From the human T2T-CHM13v2.0 reference genome, Homo sapiens: a stretch of DNA of 64,000 bases. This document shows, in pieces, positions 1 through 24,671 of the stretch. The notes beneath the pieces are model-generated. The model was not told the DNA's origin, made no database searches, and saw only the letters and a program-made list of their open reading frames with translations. The stretch's first letter is position 1. The number at the start of each line of letters is the position of its first letter. The translations under genes and the position numbers were made by a program. Where the stretch lies: NCBI RefSeq assembly GCF_009914755.1, contig NC_060936.1; one strand, 5' to 3'.

Positions 1-2549
1 CCTCAACCTCCTGGGCTCAACTGATCCTCCTCCCACCTCAGCCTCCCAAGTAGCTGGGATTACAGGTATGCACCAGCACACTAGGCTAATTTTTGTATTT
101 GTTGTAGAAACAGGGTTTCACCATGTCACCCAGGCTGATCTCGAACTTTGTTTTTAAAGGCAAAAAGTAAACGTACAAATTCAAGGCATAAGGTGAATAG
201 GAAGTTTAGCAATTGAAAAAAAATAACCTATCTGACTACTACCCTTTAGGTATTTTAGAGAGTAGGGAAAAGGAGAAGAGAGAAAAAGAAAGGGCTGAAA
301 CGTGGGAACAATATACAACCTATTAAAACCAGAGAAACTGGGGAGCTGTGGTGGCAAAAAAAAAAAAAAAAAAAAAAGACACAGAAATGCTCACCACTTT
401 AGCCACATCAAAACCAATGCAGGCAAGAAGCTGCTCTGAAGTCTCCCAACCCTTCAGCCAGGCATGGTAGTAGTCCCAGCTATTTTGGAGGCTGAGGCGA
501 GAGGACTGGTTAAGCCCAGGAGTTTGAAGCTCCGGTGAGCTATGATCTCACCACTGCACTAAAGCCTGGGCAAAAGAGATCCCGTCTCTTAGAAAAAAAA
601 GTCTAAAAACCCCAAACAAAAGCAATCGCATAGACTAGTCTTAGGAGTTCACTACCTTGATAACAGCGCTAGAGATACTCAGACACTGAGCCCTTTCTAA
701 AATAATGTAGACGTGTATCAAAGACCAGACAGTTTTATTGTTCTTTTCAGCAATTCCTCATAGATGGTGTTCTTAATTTCCTTATACATATATGAATCAG
801 AACCCACCCCCCAACCCCCTTGTTTTCTTTTTCCTGGGCTTGGAGCAAGAGGCAATTGCACTGGTGACTCTCCACAATGACATGAGTTCTCAGTTGTTCC
901 ATGAAAGATTATTACAGTGCAACTACAAGAACAGCACAATAAGAGAAATGGTTCTCACCTCTTTGATCTACAGAAACATGTAGACCTCCAGGGCTTAACA
1001 GAAAAATTTTCCTGGAACTCCTAAACTTTAGGCATAAGACCCAAATAACTTCATTCCTAGCCTTTTAGTTTGTACCCAGGTATCACAAACTTATTTACAA
1101 AGTTTATTCTGACCTATGCAAATAAAATTGGGCACTTTATTAAAACTTCTTTGAATCTATTACTCATGAATAAAACATGAAAAATACTCATACTGATGGA
1201 TAACACTTTACACAACACTGAATCAACTCCCCTTTGCTTGCCTCCTCCTAAAGGACTGGCTTAATTTCAGTAGTAGAACCCAAACATGAATCAATCTCAT
1301 GACTAAGCATTAACTATGCATCCATTTAGCAAATGAAAGTTTATTTTAGCATTTGAAATTCTGTGGTTCTTCAGGAATATAGCCAGATAAATGATTTTTA
1401 CTAACAAATGCAACTAACACCATTTCATCTCCTCTCTAGGAATGACTGAAGACTCTTGACTATCATCTATTCAGCACCTGGAAGCATTACCTTTTTGTAA
1501 TACGAAAAGAAAAACAGCTGAAAGAAAGAAAATATACTTGTCCCTTCAAATATAGATCATATAATCAAATACACCTTAATTCACTGGTAAATATGTCACT
1601 TGGAACATAAGTTCTAACCCCAGATGAAAAATGAAAAGTAAACTTTCTACCATCCTCGTACTGATAGAAAATTCTCATGGGAGAGTAGGGAAAAACAGTC
1701 AGTCTTCGGTCTATTTTAGTTAAACCTTCACATTAGTGGAGGAAACGATGAACTCATGGCAAATTAAGCTACCCTCCCTAAGTTATTTTTCCTCAACAAA
1801 TCAAACTCAAAGACAAGCTTACAAAACTGGAAACACAGAATAAAAGAATAAAAGAGGACACTGTCTCCTATGCCATATTATAGTCCAGAATTAGTTAATC
1901 TAATTCAAAGTATTGGCAAGGATGTTCCATCAACTAGACCAGGTATTTATCATTCATTACCATGTACTGCTTAAGCATGTAAAGTAGCTGAAACACAAAT
2001 ATTTTGGAGTTATCTCCAAAGAGTAAAAACACAAGAAAAATGTTAAAATCCTATTATGTTCAACCGCTGATGATTTTCAGAATTTACATCTTTAATTTTT
2101 ATTAACATTAGGAATGTTTTGCCTATACTGTTTAGCTTAATTAAAGTGTAATGGAAATGTAAGAATCTGACAGCACTTATTAATATCTGTTTAGCAATTA
2201 TACACTTGAAGTTTAATCATGGATTTAAGAATTTCAATAAAATAGTGAAAGAAGAAATAAAAGAAAAAAGAAAAACAACAGTGAAAGAAATAGAATCAAG
2301 GCATTAATCCACCAAGAAAAGGGTTAGCTGTGTGTTCACTCTGACCTTGAGTCTATTACCACATGGAAATTTTTTAGGAATTTTACAACGGAAGGAAAAA
2401 AGGGAAGAAAAAAGAGATACTCTTAGTGCTGCTGCTGCCTTCCTTCTTTACTGTTCTATTCTCCATATATTCAAAAAATACTTAGTAATTTTTCCCCTAA
2501 AATGTTGTAAATGTGCTTACTGATCCAATCTTACTGTTAGAACATCCAT

Positions 2550-3460
2550 GAACTATCCTTGGCCCTCTTCCTCTTCTCTATCCACATTCTCTCCCTTGGT
2601 GATCTTATCTAAACTCAAGGATTTAAATATTTTGCCTCCATAATGTATAATTCCAGCTCAGTCTTCTCTCTTAACTCCAGACTCATACGTCTAACTGCCT
2701 ACTTGACCAGAATATCTTACAGGTGTCTCAAACTCAGAATGTCCAAAAATGGATTCCTGAGCTGTGCCAACCCTCCTCCAACCTATGCAACCCATACTAT
2801 GGTATTCTCCAGTTAAGTTGATGGTAATTCCATTTTTCTTCAACTTACTGAAGTTTAAAACCTTTAGAGTCATCTTTGATTCATCCCCTTTCTCTCACAC
2901 CCCGCCTTTTGATAACAAAATCCTATTGTTTCAATCTTCCAAATATGTCCAGAAATTGACTACATCTCACTATCTCCACTGCTACTATGTGGCCTGAGCC
3001 ACCACCATCATCCCTTACTTAAATTACTGCAGGCTTCCCAACAGATCTTCCTGCTTCTACCCTTGAACCTCCCTGCATACACACACACAATTTAGTCTTA
3101 ATACAGTTAGCTGCCAGGATGATCCTTTTAAAACTAAGTCAGAGGTCTCTCTACCCTGTTCAAATCAGGCAATGGCTCCCCCCATTCTCTTAGAGTAAAA
3201 ACCAAAGTCCTTTCAACAACATAAGGCCCTTCATGATGGGGCCTCCTGTGGCTTCCCCTTCTATTATTCATTCCTCTTGTTCACTCCTCCAGACTCTTTA
3301 GGGTTACTCGAACTCACCAGGTGACCGCTTGATGTTTACTTTGGGATACTTTTCCCAAATATCTACTTGGCTAACTCCCTTACTTTCTTAAGTCTTTGTT
3401 CAAAGATCACCTCTCAGTGAGGGCTACCCTGAACACCTTGTTTAATATTGCAACCAGCTC
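2550..3460 (+). mobile_element. L2 fragment
   Basis: Typical L2 3' region motifs (aaaacctttagagtcatctttgattc, aatggctccc..agagtaaaaaccaaagtcct). Confidence 0.7.
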
Positions 3461-4863
3461 CTTTACTACCAAAAAGAGAGAGTAAACTATGCTTAGTGAG
3501 CTCATTTCACCTAGCAGAGACCGTGGAAGAAAGTACTAAGATCAGAGGGAGTATTCTTACGAGAAAATAGAATAGGAGATTTGCTGGAACCTTTGTCAAG
3601 ATCCCAGTTATGTTCAGGGATTTAAAAAGAGAACTCCGTATGTAAGGGATGAAGAAAAGAGGAGATCAGTTACCAAAAAGGATCTATACTCAGGATCTGT
3701 CCGAGTCACAGATACACAGCTGCACCATACTCATGTACGCATCTCAAGGGGGCAAAGCCCGCAATTTAAAGCACAGCAAAGCATTTCCTTATCCACATAT
3801 CGCAAAAGAGAAACAGCAAGAAAATATATCCCAGCTCAAGCATAGCATACACGAATACATTTCACAATAATTTCCTAAGCCAAGCGTGGTGGCACACACC
3901 TATAATTCCAGCTACTTGAGAGGCTGAGGAGGAAGGATCACCTGAGCCCGGAAGTTCAAGAACAGTCTGGGCAACATAGTGAGACCCTGTCTCAAATAAT
4001 AATAATAACAACAACAACAATTTATGCTCCACATGCCTGCAACAGTTCATCTCTAGGAAAAGGGGCTTACTTGAGACTTGATGCTTACGTTTAAAATATA
4101 TATATACATATTTTGAAACCTGATTAGCCAACATCTAACCACCTCAATTTATAGTAAAGAGGACTCCTAAAACTCAAACCTGTTTAGCATAACATAAAGT
4201 GACAAATAGAAAACATTGCCATTTCCAGGAAGAACAAAAAATCAATAATTTATTCAAACATACATTGAGCGCCTACTATTTGTCAGGCCTGTGACAGGAG
4301 CTAGTATGGCATTAAGAGTGTAGTAACTACAGTCAAAATGAGGTATAAATATCAAACACATGAGCATTTTTTCCCTTTGTAATAGATTCATCAATCATGC
4401 TGACAATGGCTATATATTCTGGAACTTTCTCCGTAAGTTTAAGCCACATCATTCATTCAACAAAGTTGCAGTGAGCATCTATTAAGTGCAAGCACTGTAG
4501 TAGATGCTGAAGGACTACAAATATAAATAAACAACAGGTTACATTAATTGGGTACTTCCCATATACCCCAGACTCTGTACATTATCTCATTCATCAACTT
4601 AGCCACCATTATAAATTAAATACTTCCCTATTTTAGAGATGATAAACTATTATGCTAAACTGTTTCCCTCAAGTAGCTTCAAGTCTAGAAGTCAGAAAGA
4701 CATGCTTAGAAATCATATTAATACTATCTGGCCAGCCCTACCTCATTACCACCCAAAAGTCCAATAAATAAAAATGGCAATTTATGTACCCACAGGTAAA
4801 GAGTACACACATTTCATACTACAGAATTGCTTTCTAAAGGATAAATTTAAATTAAAATAAATG

Positions 4864-5188
4864 GGCCGGGCGCAGCAGCTCATGCCTATAATCCCAGCAC
4901 GTTGGGAGGCCGAGGCAGGCGGATCACCTGAGATCAGGAGTTCCAAGACCATCCTGACCAACATGGAGAAACCCCATCTCTAATACAAATACAAAATTAG
5001 CTGGGCGTGGTGGCGGGCACCTATAATTCCAGCTACCAGGTAGGGAGGCTAAGGCAGGAGAATCAGTTGAACCCGGGAGGTGGAGGTTGCGGTGAGCCGA
5101 GATCGCACCATTGCGCGCCAGCCTGGGCAACAAAGGCGAAACTCTGTCTTTAAAAAAAAAAATGAAATAAAATAAAATAAAATAAAAG
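4864..5188 (+). mobile_element. Alu (S-type)
   Basis: Full dimer with A-tail. Confidence 0.92.
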
Positions 5189-6929
5189 GCTTGTAGTTGT
5201 ATACGATCTGTGTAATGATAGCAGTTTTGTAAGAAAAATAAAATGAAAGCAAATAATAGATAATGAAAGCAACCAATGACTAATTTCTAGCTTCTTCCTT
5301 TCTAATCTAAAAAAGCTGCTCTGTAATAACTTTAATTACTTCAGTGACAAGACTTCTAATTCTGTCCAACTCATTTCTTCCTAACACATGGGAACAAAAC
5401 CAGGTGACTTGTACAAAATGAAACTATTTAAGTATTCATCTATAAACTGCTTTCCTTTTTCCTTTTTTTTTTTTTTAACAAATTCTAAATACTTACGTAG
5501 ATAAGGCTTCCTCTGCCCCTAAGCAAACTTTCTGCACAATAACTGCACCTAGCTTGGTGAGACAGATGGAGAGCCTGCAAAGTCTACAAACTTTTTGTTT
5601 AAAAGGTGGCAAATGAGTTCTACTGACCATCAAAGTCAGCTAGGTTTCTGGGAAGCACTGACCCTGGGGCCATGTTTTTTCACCTTGCAAAGCCAAAGCA
5701 GACAATGGAGTCAAAGCTAAAAGAAGAGAAGCCAAAGGAAGACTGGACTTAAACATGAAAATCCGTATCATACAAATTTATAACACAAACAGCCCACCTT
5801 TTTCAACACCGCCATCACAGTGTTAATCTACAAAAAATGGAAAGACTGATCCTACTCTTTCTAAAATCTAAATCTATCACTCAACTAGGTAAAATCTCAG
5901 CATTTTTTAATGAACTCCAACTGCTAACCTCCTTTGGGGGTAAAAACAAAAACAAAAACTGAGGATTCCATTCCTGTGTAAAGCAGAGAGTTAATGTAAG
6001 AAGATCATACTTTAATTGTAAAGACAAAGCAGCAAAGTTTCTTCCTAAAACAGAAGCAGGAACACCTAAGTGAACTCAAGTTACTATTCAGTGCAAAAAG
6101 CAGTCTTACGAACTTTGAGTTTGTAAGACCAATTTTCAGAAACATTTTTGAATCCTAGATAAACCTACTATCAATGATCTGAAGATAATTTAATTTTTAA
6201 AAATAAAAGGATTATTTACTGTCTCTCTTCATCTACTTCCTAAATGATTTCAAGAGATCTCTTGGAAACCAATAAGAAACATGCAAATGCCTTTTGCAAA
6301 TAAAAAAATTTAAGTCAACTTTTAATCATATGCTCTCTAAATTAAAAAAAAACTTCTTTAATGAAAGTGGGCCGGTTGTGGTGGCTCATCCTTGTAATCC
6401 CAGCACTTTGGGAGGCTGAGGTGAGTGGATCACTTGAAGTCAGGAGTTCAAGACCAGCCTGGCCAATGTGGTGAAACACCATCTCTACCAAAAATATAAA
6501 AATTAGCTGAGCATGGTAGTGCATGCCTGTAATCCCAGCTACTAGGGAGGCTGAGGCAGGAGAACTGCTTAAGCCCAGAGGGGCAGAAGTTGCAATGAGC
6601 CAGAATCACACCACTGCACTCCAGCCTGGGCAACAGAGCAAGTCTCCAGCTCAAAAAAGAAAAGAAAATGAATGTTACTATTTAATGACTAGAATAGATT
6701 CATAATTCAGAGATAAAATATTATATATATACACATTAAAGCATAATAAAATGTAGTGATTAGCCATTATTTGTAAGTGAATTTGAGTATCCATAAACTT
6801 TACCTTGAGTATCTACTCTTTATTGATTACATCCTCAGCAACAAGAAACAAAACAAGAGCAACCCACTGCAACTATAGACTGGCTGCCAGAAGGTAAGAG
6901 TATGTGAGGATCTAGTGCAAACAAGGTAG

Positions 6930-7403
<474 letters not shown>

Positions 7404-8318
7404 TGAGCCACCACAACCAGCCCATGCCATACTGCAATTCTAAAGATAGCAGATTGTATTATTTCCTTCAGCGGAGATGGCATCAAAATCCTGCACACTA
7501 CTATTGCTTTAGTATGCTCTACTTAAAACCACTGCTGAAGATTATAGATCCTAACAGATTTAATCAATGTGGCAGTCAGCCTCAAGATGACCCTCAATGA
7601 TTCTTGGTTCCTGGTATTCACAACCTTGCCAATTCGACTACTGCATCTATTAAGGGATTAGCTGGGCACAGTGGCTCATGCCTGTAATCCCAGCACTTTC
7701 AGAGGCCAAGGCAGGTGGCTCACTTGAGACCAGCCTGGGCAACATGGCAAAACTCTGTCTCCACAAAAAAATAAAAAAACCAGCTAGGTGTGCCGGCACA
7801 CACCTGTAGTCCCAACTACTTGGGAGACTAGGATAGAAAGATCGCTTGAGCCCAGGAGGCAGAGGTTGCAGTGAGCTGAGATCATCTCACAAAAAAACGA
7901 AAGAAAAGAAAGGAGTAAATCTATTGAGTCCTTTTACACTCACGTTGAGTCCTGTTAAGCAATTTATACATCTTGCTTATGTGGATGCCTCTGGTCGCTT
8001 ACACGTAGATAGTCTACTCCTAAAACAGATGCACAACCAACAAAATCTGTAATTTTCATGCATAAAAGGCCCAAAGTTAGTCTTGTTTTCATTTAGAATG
8101 TGATTTAGGTTAACATATAATAGGTTTATTAATGTTCCTTTTAAGTATATAAATGCCCTGCTCTCTATCAGATTTAAAAGGTGGGCTCTTTTACACATGA
8201 GAATGATTAAGTTTCTCTGAGACTGTTCTCTATAGTTAAAGGGGCCTGGATTTGGACCCAGAAGAATCTCTGTTGTGGTTCTAATTCTGCCACTAGCAAT
8301 GCAAACTTAGGTAATTCA

Positions 8319-8807
<489 letters not shown>

Positions 8808-8873
8808 TCACATCTGTGAATAGCTACTGCATTCCGGCCAGGGAAACATAGTGAGAACCTCTCTCTTAAAAAC

Positions 8874-8896
8874 TGTGTGTGTGTGTGTGTGTGTGT
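8874..8896. repeat. (TG)n microsatellite
   Basis: About 11 units visible. Confidence 0.9.
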
Positions 8897-9643
8897 AATT
8901 CAAGCAATACTTTTATTATTGTTATTAAATTAAGAGATTAAAAGGCAACATGGTAAAACAGATATATATATATTAAAATTAGGTGCATATTCTACGATAA
9001 AACATGTCATAGGCTGGGCCCAGTAGCTCATGCCTATAATCCCAGCACTTTGGGAGGCAGAGGTGGGAGGATCACTTGAGGCCAGGAGTTCAAGACGAGC
9101 AAGGGCCACATAGCAGGACCAGGTATCTACAATAATTTTTTAAAAATTTTTTAAAGAAAAAATATCTAAAGGAGAGTTCCAGGAATACCTTAAATTTCAT
9201 CATCAAACTGCCCAAGGTTTAAACCAATTAATTATGATGATGAAAATGTGGCTAATATTTATTGTGCAATTACATCCTGCCAGGCTACATAGTAAGTACT
9301 ATACAAGCATTATCAACCAATAGCAGGCAGTTCAACATCAGATTCTTCTATACAGCTAATTGGTAAACATTTTTCTATGGTAGTACCAGATGACTGGAAC
9401 ATTAGCTGGGTTCGGTGGAGTGTGCCTGTTCTACCAGCTACTTGGGAAGCTAAGGCAGGAGAACTGCTTGAGCCTGGGAGGCGGAGGTTAGAACCCAGTG
9501 CAAGCACTTGCAGACATTCAAACTGGTAAGCTATACAAATTCCACAATGTTAAAGAACACACAGTTTACTATCGCATGTATATTCCTATTGCAACACCTT
9601 ATTTCAAAATAAAAATAATTTTCTTTTAGAGAGCCTATCCCTA

Positions 9644-9874
<231 letters not shown>

Positions 9875-10190
9875 TTACTTGTGTGTCCTATCTTTCCTAT
9901 CCATCCCCCATCTTCTTTACTCCCACCACTACTATTCTAATTCAGAATGTTGCCTTCTAATTTGTCTTACAGAACAGCCTCCTCAGAGGTTGCAGTGAGC
10001 CAAGATCGTGCCACTGCACTCCAGCCTGGGCAACAGAGCAAGACTCTGTCTAAAAAAAAAAAAAAAAAAAAAAAGCATCCTAATTGGTTTCCCCACTTCA
10101 AATCTCGTCCCAGTTTAATTCCATGCTATATCCTCCATCCAGAGTGATATTCCTAAGGCTACAGTTTTGAGCAAGCCACTCCTTTGTTCA

Positions 10191-10340
<150 letters not shown>

Positions 10341-10589
10341 TTAAAAAACAACAACAACAAAACACCTTTCAGTGGCTCTTTTCTATTTTTAGGGGGTTGT
10401 TTTGTTTTGTAGAGACAGGGTCTTGCTTTGTTGACCAGGCTAGTCATGAACTCCTGGGCTCAAGCCAAGCCATCCTCCCACCTCGGCCTTCCAAAGTACG
10501 GGATTACAGATGTGAGCCACCACAACTGGCCTCTTTTCTGTCCTTCAGAGGGCCATCTTTATAGTCTAGCATTCAACAAGTAGAGAATA

Positions 10590-10908
10590 CAGGTTGAGCA
10601 TCCCTAATCCAGAAATATGAAATGCTCCAAAATCTGAAATTTTTTGACTGCTAATGACACCACAAGTGGAAAATTCCATACCTGAACTAATGTGATGGGT
10701 ACACAAAATCATTTAAAATACTGTATAAAATTACCTTCAGGCTACATGAATAAGGTACATATGAAATATAAGTGAATTTCATGTTTAGACTTAGGTCCCA
10801 CCCTTAAGAAATCTCATTATGTATATGCAAATATTCCAAAATCTGAAAAAACACAAAATCCTAAATACTTTTGGTCTCAAATATTTTGGATAAGGGATAC
10901 TCAACCTG
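10590..10908 (+). mobile_element. Tigger4/MER46-type DNA transposon relic
   Basis: 22-bp TIRs CAGGTTGAG(C/T)ATCCCT(A/T)ATCCA with TA on both sides. Confidence 0.88.
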
Positions 10909-11454
10909 TATTGGGAATGTTTCCCAGCAGCCACTTCCCTCCCTCTTCTACTGTGAACTAGCTATATAGTTTTCATCCCAAATTAGTCTCAGTAATCAGT
11001 TTAATCCCATTTTACTTGCCACACTGATTTGTTAAAGGACAGGCCACAGCAAACACCCATATTTTTGTTTCCTGACAGGAGTGAAGGCTAGAGGAGGAAA
11101 GTTAAATCTCTTCTAAGGAAGGTGTGATGTGCGAATACAAACTCTTAACTTCTGCTGCCACTTAATAACTCTGAGGGAAGCCACCTGAAGAGAAGTCAAC
11201 AGTGCATAAAGGTTGCGCCTAAACAGCTGCAGTGAAATGAAGCTGGAGCCACGTTCAAATTACACCCTGAACACATGCCCCCAAAAACTCCTTTTAAATT
11301 TTGTGAACCAGCCAAATTCCTTTATCTCCTCTTTGACCTATAAACCACAGCATTCTAACTGATAGAGAACTCCAAAGGCTGATTCAACCTCTTTTCCCAA
11401 GTCATCTCCCACCACTTCATAAAATGTTGAAGTGGGCTAATCTATATTCCTCTT

Positions 11455-14769
<3,315 letters not shown>

Positions 14770-16328
14770 GGCACATAAAGCACATATTGCCTTTTGTTAT
14801 TTCAAAACAATCATTTTATTTACCCTCACTCATTGTTAAGTAGCAAGAATGCCCCCACGCAAACCAAAGTCCTACAGCTTCATTGTTACAAATCTTTCTG
14901 ATGGTGCGTAAAACAGACATTCCTCAGAAAGTCCTATTAAAAAATGTCTGAAACAAAGCAAATACTTAATTTTCTGGATAATCTTGAAGATAGGATGTAA
15001 AACAATAACAAAATAAATATCAAATCCCCAAGCCCTTATTTTTGTCACTAATTTTACTCTTTCTCAAAAAAAAAAAAAAAAACTCACGAGTTATTAACAC
15101 ATAGCCAATGAAATCAGTCTCCTTTTCTCTGTCCTTGTTTCTCTTCCTACTCTATTTTAGGCATCTGAAAAAGTATCTAAAAGGTGTTATCTAAAAAGTG
15201 CTTATTATAAGAAGGTTAAAGCACTGATTCTCTCTGAAAAAAATCTCCTGCTCTTGTATGACACCCTCTAATTCTGGATTTTAACTTCTCATACCTAGAG
15301 ACAACAAATAGGGAATAAACAGTTGAATCTCTCTTGGATTTCCTTATCCTAGAAAGCTCTAATTGTTAGCCTCTCCCGAAATATACCATTTTAGAAAACA
15401 TAATTAAATAGATTTGGGGGACAGGAAAGCATTAAGGAAGAAAAAGACTTTTTAAAGAAAAAATATTTACGAAACTCATGCCAATTAAATCTGAATGTTC
15501 TCTTTAATTCTAAGAGCATCTTTTAAAGGACCTTAAAGCTTTATATGTTGCTGTGTAAGGAAACCTGAGCAGACTGGAGAAAAGCTCAAAGGCCTATCTA
15601 TAATCTCATCACAAAGTGACAGGGTCAAAAGGCAGAGGTCAGGGAACAGGGTACAAAATAGTTCCCACACTTGAAAGAAAACTGTATCTCATTAGTTCAG
15701 AGATATTAAAAAATATTCAATTGTGTTACTAAAATGACAATTTATACTTTAAATCCCAAGGCAAATTTGAATATTATGAAATAATATACTTTTAAGAGCA
15801 AAAAATGTAAGAAGTTACCTCTTCTACATTTGAAAAAAACACCAATCTCTCGCTCACACATATACCAGTGCTTCAACTGTCCCTCAAAGACTGATGTTCA
15901 GATAAAAGCTGTCACCTGACCTATTCAATAGAGTTCAATAAGGCACTGAAATAAATACTGAATGTGCATACATGTCAACAGACATTTCATATCTGGGCCT
16001 CTGCCCCATAATGATTCAACAAGGTATGTCTACTTCATGGCCTTATGTTCACATTCAGAAAAAGCTAAATTTTTACTCTTGCTTAGAGATTTCATTCCAG
16101 GGAAAAGTGAATGTAATTTCGTTCAATATTCATTAAGTAGGCTCAACACTTGTGCAAGAGACTCTTATAATGACTCCATGATTCTTCAATGGACAATTAA
16201 ATCTACAGAAGCTCTGGGGTCTAGGGCATTTGCTGGCTATCCCTCTACCACTTCTACTCTAACCACAAATTTTGTGTTCTAAGTGGCAGAGAGGGTGATA
16301 GAGGTATCAAAGAGATAAAGAGAATTCT

Positions 16329-20692
<4,364 letters not shown>

Positions 20693-21940
20693 ACTACAAC
20701 CCTAACATTATTAACTCCATCACATTTTTGTTTGTTCGTCTTTAGCTCAGATCACCTTTTGGATCATTTTTTATTGTAATTTATAAATACTCTTTCCAAA
20801 ACACTGTCACATTGTATAATTGAGAAAAGTATCTAGAAACAATCCAGATCAGCAAAAGTGTTGAGACACACACTCCCATGGGTGTCCTCAGATAATGCAC
20901 AAAATAGTTTTCTAGAGGAAAGTAAAGCAAACAGACTGACTACTTCTGCAGTGATATTCCTAAAAGGCTTTATTAATATGTGGAAACTATTCATAGCTCA
21001 TCAGTAACGGTAGCTTACCAGTAGCATAAAATAGATTTCCCATTATGTATGGGGCTATGCACAATTACTGGTTTGATGCATATAATGCCACCTTTCTCTC
21101 CCACCCAGTAAAAGCATACAGGAATGGAACTGAATAAAAATAATATCATTAGAGGGAAGACCTTGAATCCATTCCACTTATTTTAAAATATATATCATAA
21201 CCTCAGTATGTCTACTACTGTTAATAATTACTTGTGACCTAGCTCATGAACAGTAGGCCCATTAATGTGTCACCACCCAGCAGTTGAGGACAGCTGGTCT
21301 GAAGGACTCAGAGGGGCAGCAGGGCGTAGGAAAAAAGGCTAGTTTGCAGCCAGACAGCCTGGGATGGAATCCAAGCTATGGCCTTTCCTGTCTTTGGGCA
21401 ACTCACTGAATGTCATCCTTCTCATCTATCAAATGAGAAAAGTCATATTTTCAAGTTATTGTGAGAATTAGCGTTTATAAATCACCAACCACAGTTCATG
21501 CCTCATAAATGTTAGCTATTTTCATAGCATCATAGAATAAGGGTGACTTCCTGGGATTACTTCTGACTTAATAATGCTAGCACATATCTTTGAAAGTCAT
21601 TTAAATAAAGCATTATTTCAAAATTAGCTTTCTGCATGAGTGATATACACAAGTTTCTAACAGAAAAATAAAAGGTAACCCAAGAAACCCATGTTAGTAA
21701 AAATAGTTACAAGAGTTAATTTCAAATAAAGTTAGTAAAGTCATAGATTCTTGGAAAAGGTGCAGAACATCTGAGAAAGCTAATCTTGCGGCCTCTTCTA
21801 TCCTCAGGATGTGCTGTCTCAGCAGCAGATAAAATACTAATACTTTCATTCCTAGAATTCTGAGTTCTTACCTCCTCACACTCAACCAGTCATCGCTGCA
21901 TTTTGTTTGAAAAGTAATGGAGGCCAGGCGCAGTGGCTCA

Positions 21941-22189
<249 letters not shown>

Positions 22190-22225
22190 TTATTTATTTA
22201 TTTTTTTGAGACACAGCGAGATTCT

Positions 22226-22360
22226 GAGAAAGAAAAGGAGAAAGAGAGAAAGAGTGAGAGAAAGAGGGGAGGGGAGGGGAGGGAAGGGAGAGAGGGAGGA
22301 AGGGAGGAAGGAAGGAAGGAGGGAGGGAGGGAGGGAGGAGAGAAGAGAGAAGAGAGAAGA
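22226..22360. repeat. polypurine GA-rich tract (GGAG/GGAA)
   Basis: Nearly pure purine run. Confidence 0.88.
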
Positions 22361-23040
22361 GTAATGGGGAAAGACAGTCCCATATCAAAAATTTTTGGAA
22401 TCTCTGGCCAAGAGGACCTTACATGGTGCCATCTTAAAAAGTCAAGCCTTAGGTAGAACAGTGCATTGTAAAGCACAATAGGAGAGTATAAACAGAAAAA
22501 AATATATATAAAAAAATATATATATAGGATTAAACTTTATTGAAACAAAGAGAACTGTACTGACTGTGCCCAAAGCTGATGTAGGTGCCATGAAGAACAA
22601 ATCTGTAAATGCAGTTTCCTAAGATATTCCTTTAAAACCACAGCTGAAGCTACAAGTGCTCTTTAGTACAACCACTTTCTGAAATTTCATAAATACTGCC
22701 CATCATTTACATGCTCATCACTTGGCACTAGTTTATAAATAAATAAGACATGTTTGCTTAAAAAAAAATCAAAGCCTTGTTGGTACCTGCATGCTTGCTT
22801 GCATATACCTGGTAAAAATGGTTAATTTTATTTACCGTATCTTATTTGAAGAGGAAAGGAATAGGCTAATACATTTTATAGTTGAAAGAAATTTTATTAG
22901 CCCTTCACAAAGCTGTTAGATACCTTTTTTTAGAAATCATTTATCCATTATCTTGCTTTTTCATCAATCTCAAGCTTCTCATTTTTAAGAAAACTCTAGC
23001 TTCCATTTTACTGTTTTTATTTATTTTATTTTATTTTTAA

Positions 23041-23484
<444 letters not shown>

Positions 23485-23495
23485 TTAATCAGTCA

Positions 23496-23678
<183 letters not shown>

Positions 23679-24002
23679 TTATAAACAAATACCTAAAAGT
23701 TTGAATCTTATTCTAAATACAAAGGAAGTTATTAGAGAATTTTAAGTAGAAAAAAATTATTCTAAGATCTCAATGACTATATTTGGGAACTGGCAGTATC
23801 ATCCATACTACAGTAATAATCTAGAGATTAGTACAGTAATTTCAAACAGGAACCCCTGGGTCCTTAAAAGTCCATGTAGATAATAATTGGGAGTCCATTA
23901 ATTGACATTAAGATTTCAAAATGCTTCTTAAAAATTGTAGCTTTCGGCCAGGCACAGTGGCCTGTAATCCCAGCACTTTGGGAGGCCGAGGCGGGCAGAT
24001 CA

Positions 24003-24224
<222 letters not shown>

Positions 24225-24341
24225 TCAAAAAAAAAAAAAAAAAAAAGTAGCTTTTCTGGAAAGGGAACTGTATAAACTAATTGATTTTCTCCCTTTCCTG
24301 GTGGCTGATTTTCTAATTACTTAATCGCTCCTCATGTGGTA

Positions 24342-24671
24342 TAGTTATCCCTCAGTATCTGTGTGGGATTGGTTCCAAGACTCCCAGGATGCTCAAGCCC
24401 CTTACATAAAATCGTGTAGTACGTACAGATAACATACGCACATTCTCCCGTACACTTTAAGTCACCTCCTGGTTAGTTATAATACTCAGTACGATGCAAA
24501 TTCCATGTAAATGGTTGTTATGCTGTATTGTTTAGGGAACAATAGCGAGAACAAAAAACACGTACATGCAACCACAATTTTTGGTTTTTATTTTTTTTGG
24601 AACACTGTATTTTCAATTTGATGATGGTTTAATCCACAGATGTGGAACCCACACACATGGAGGGCTGACTA
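24342..24671 (+). mobile_element. MER2 DNA transposon relic
   Basis: agttatccctcagtatctgtgtgggattggttccaagac ... gagggctgact; TA flanks. Confidence 0.8.
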
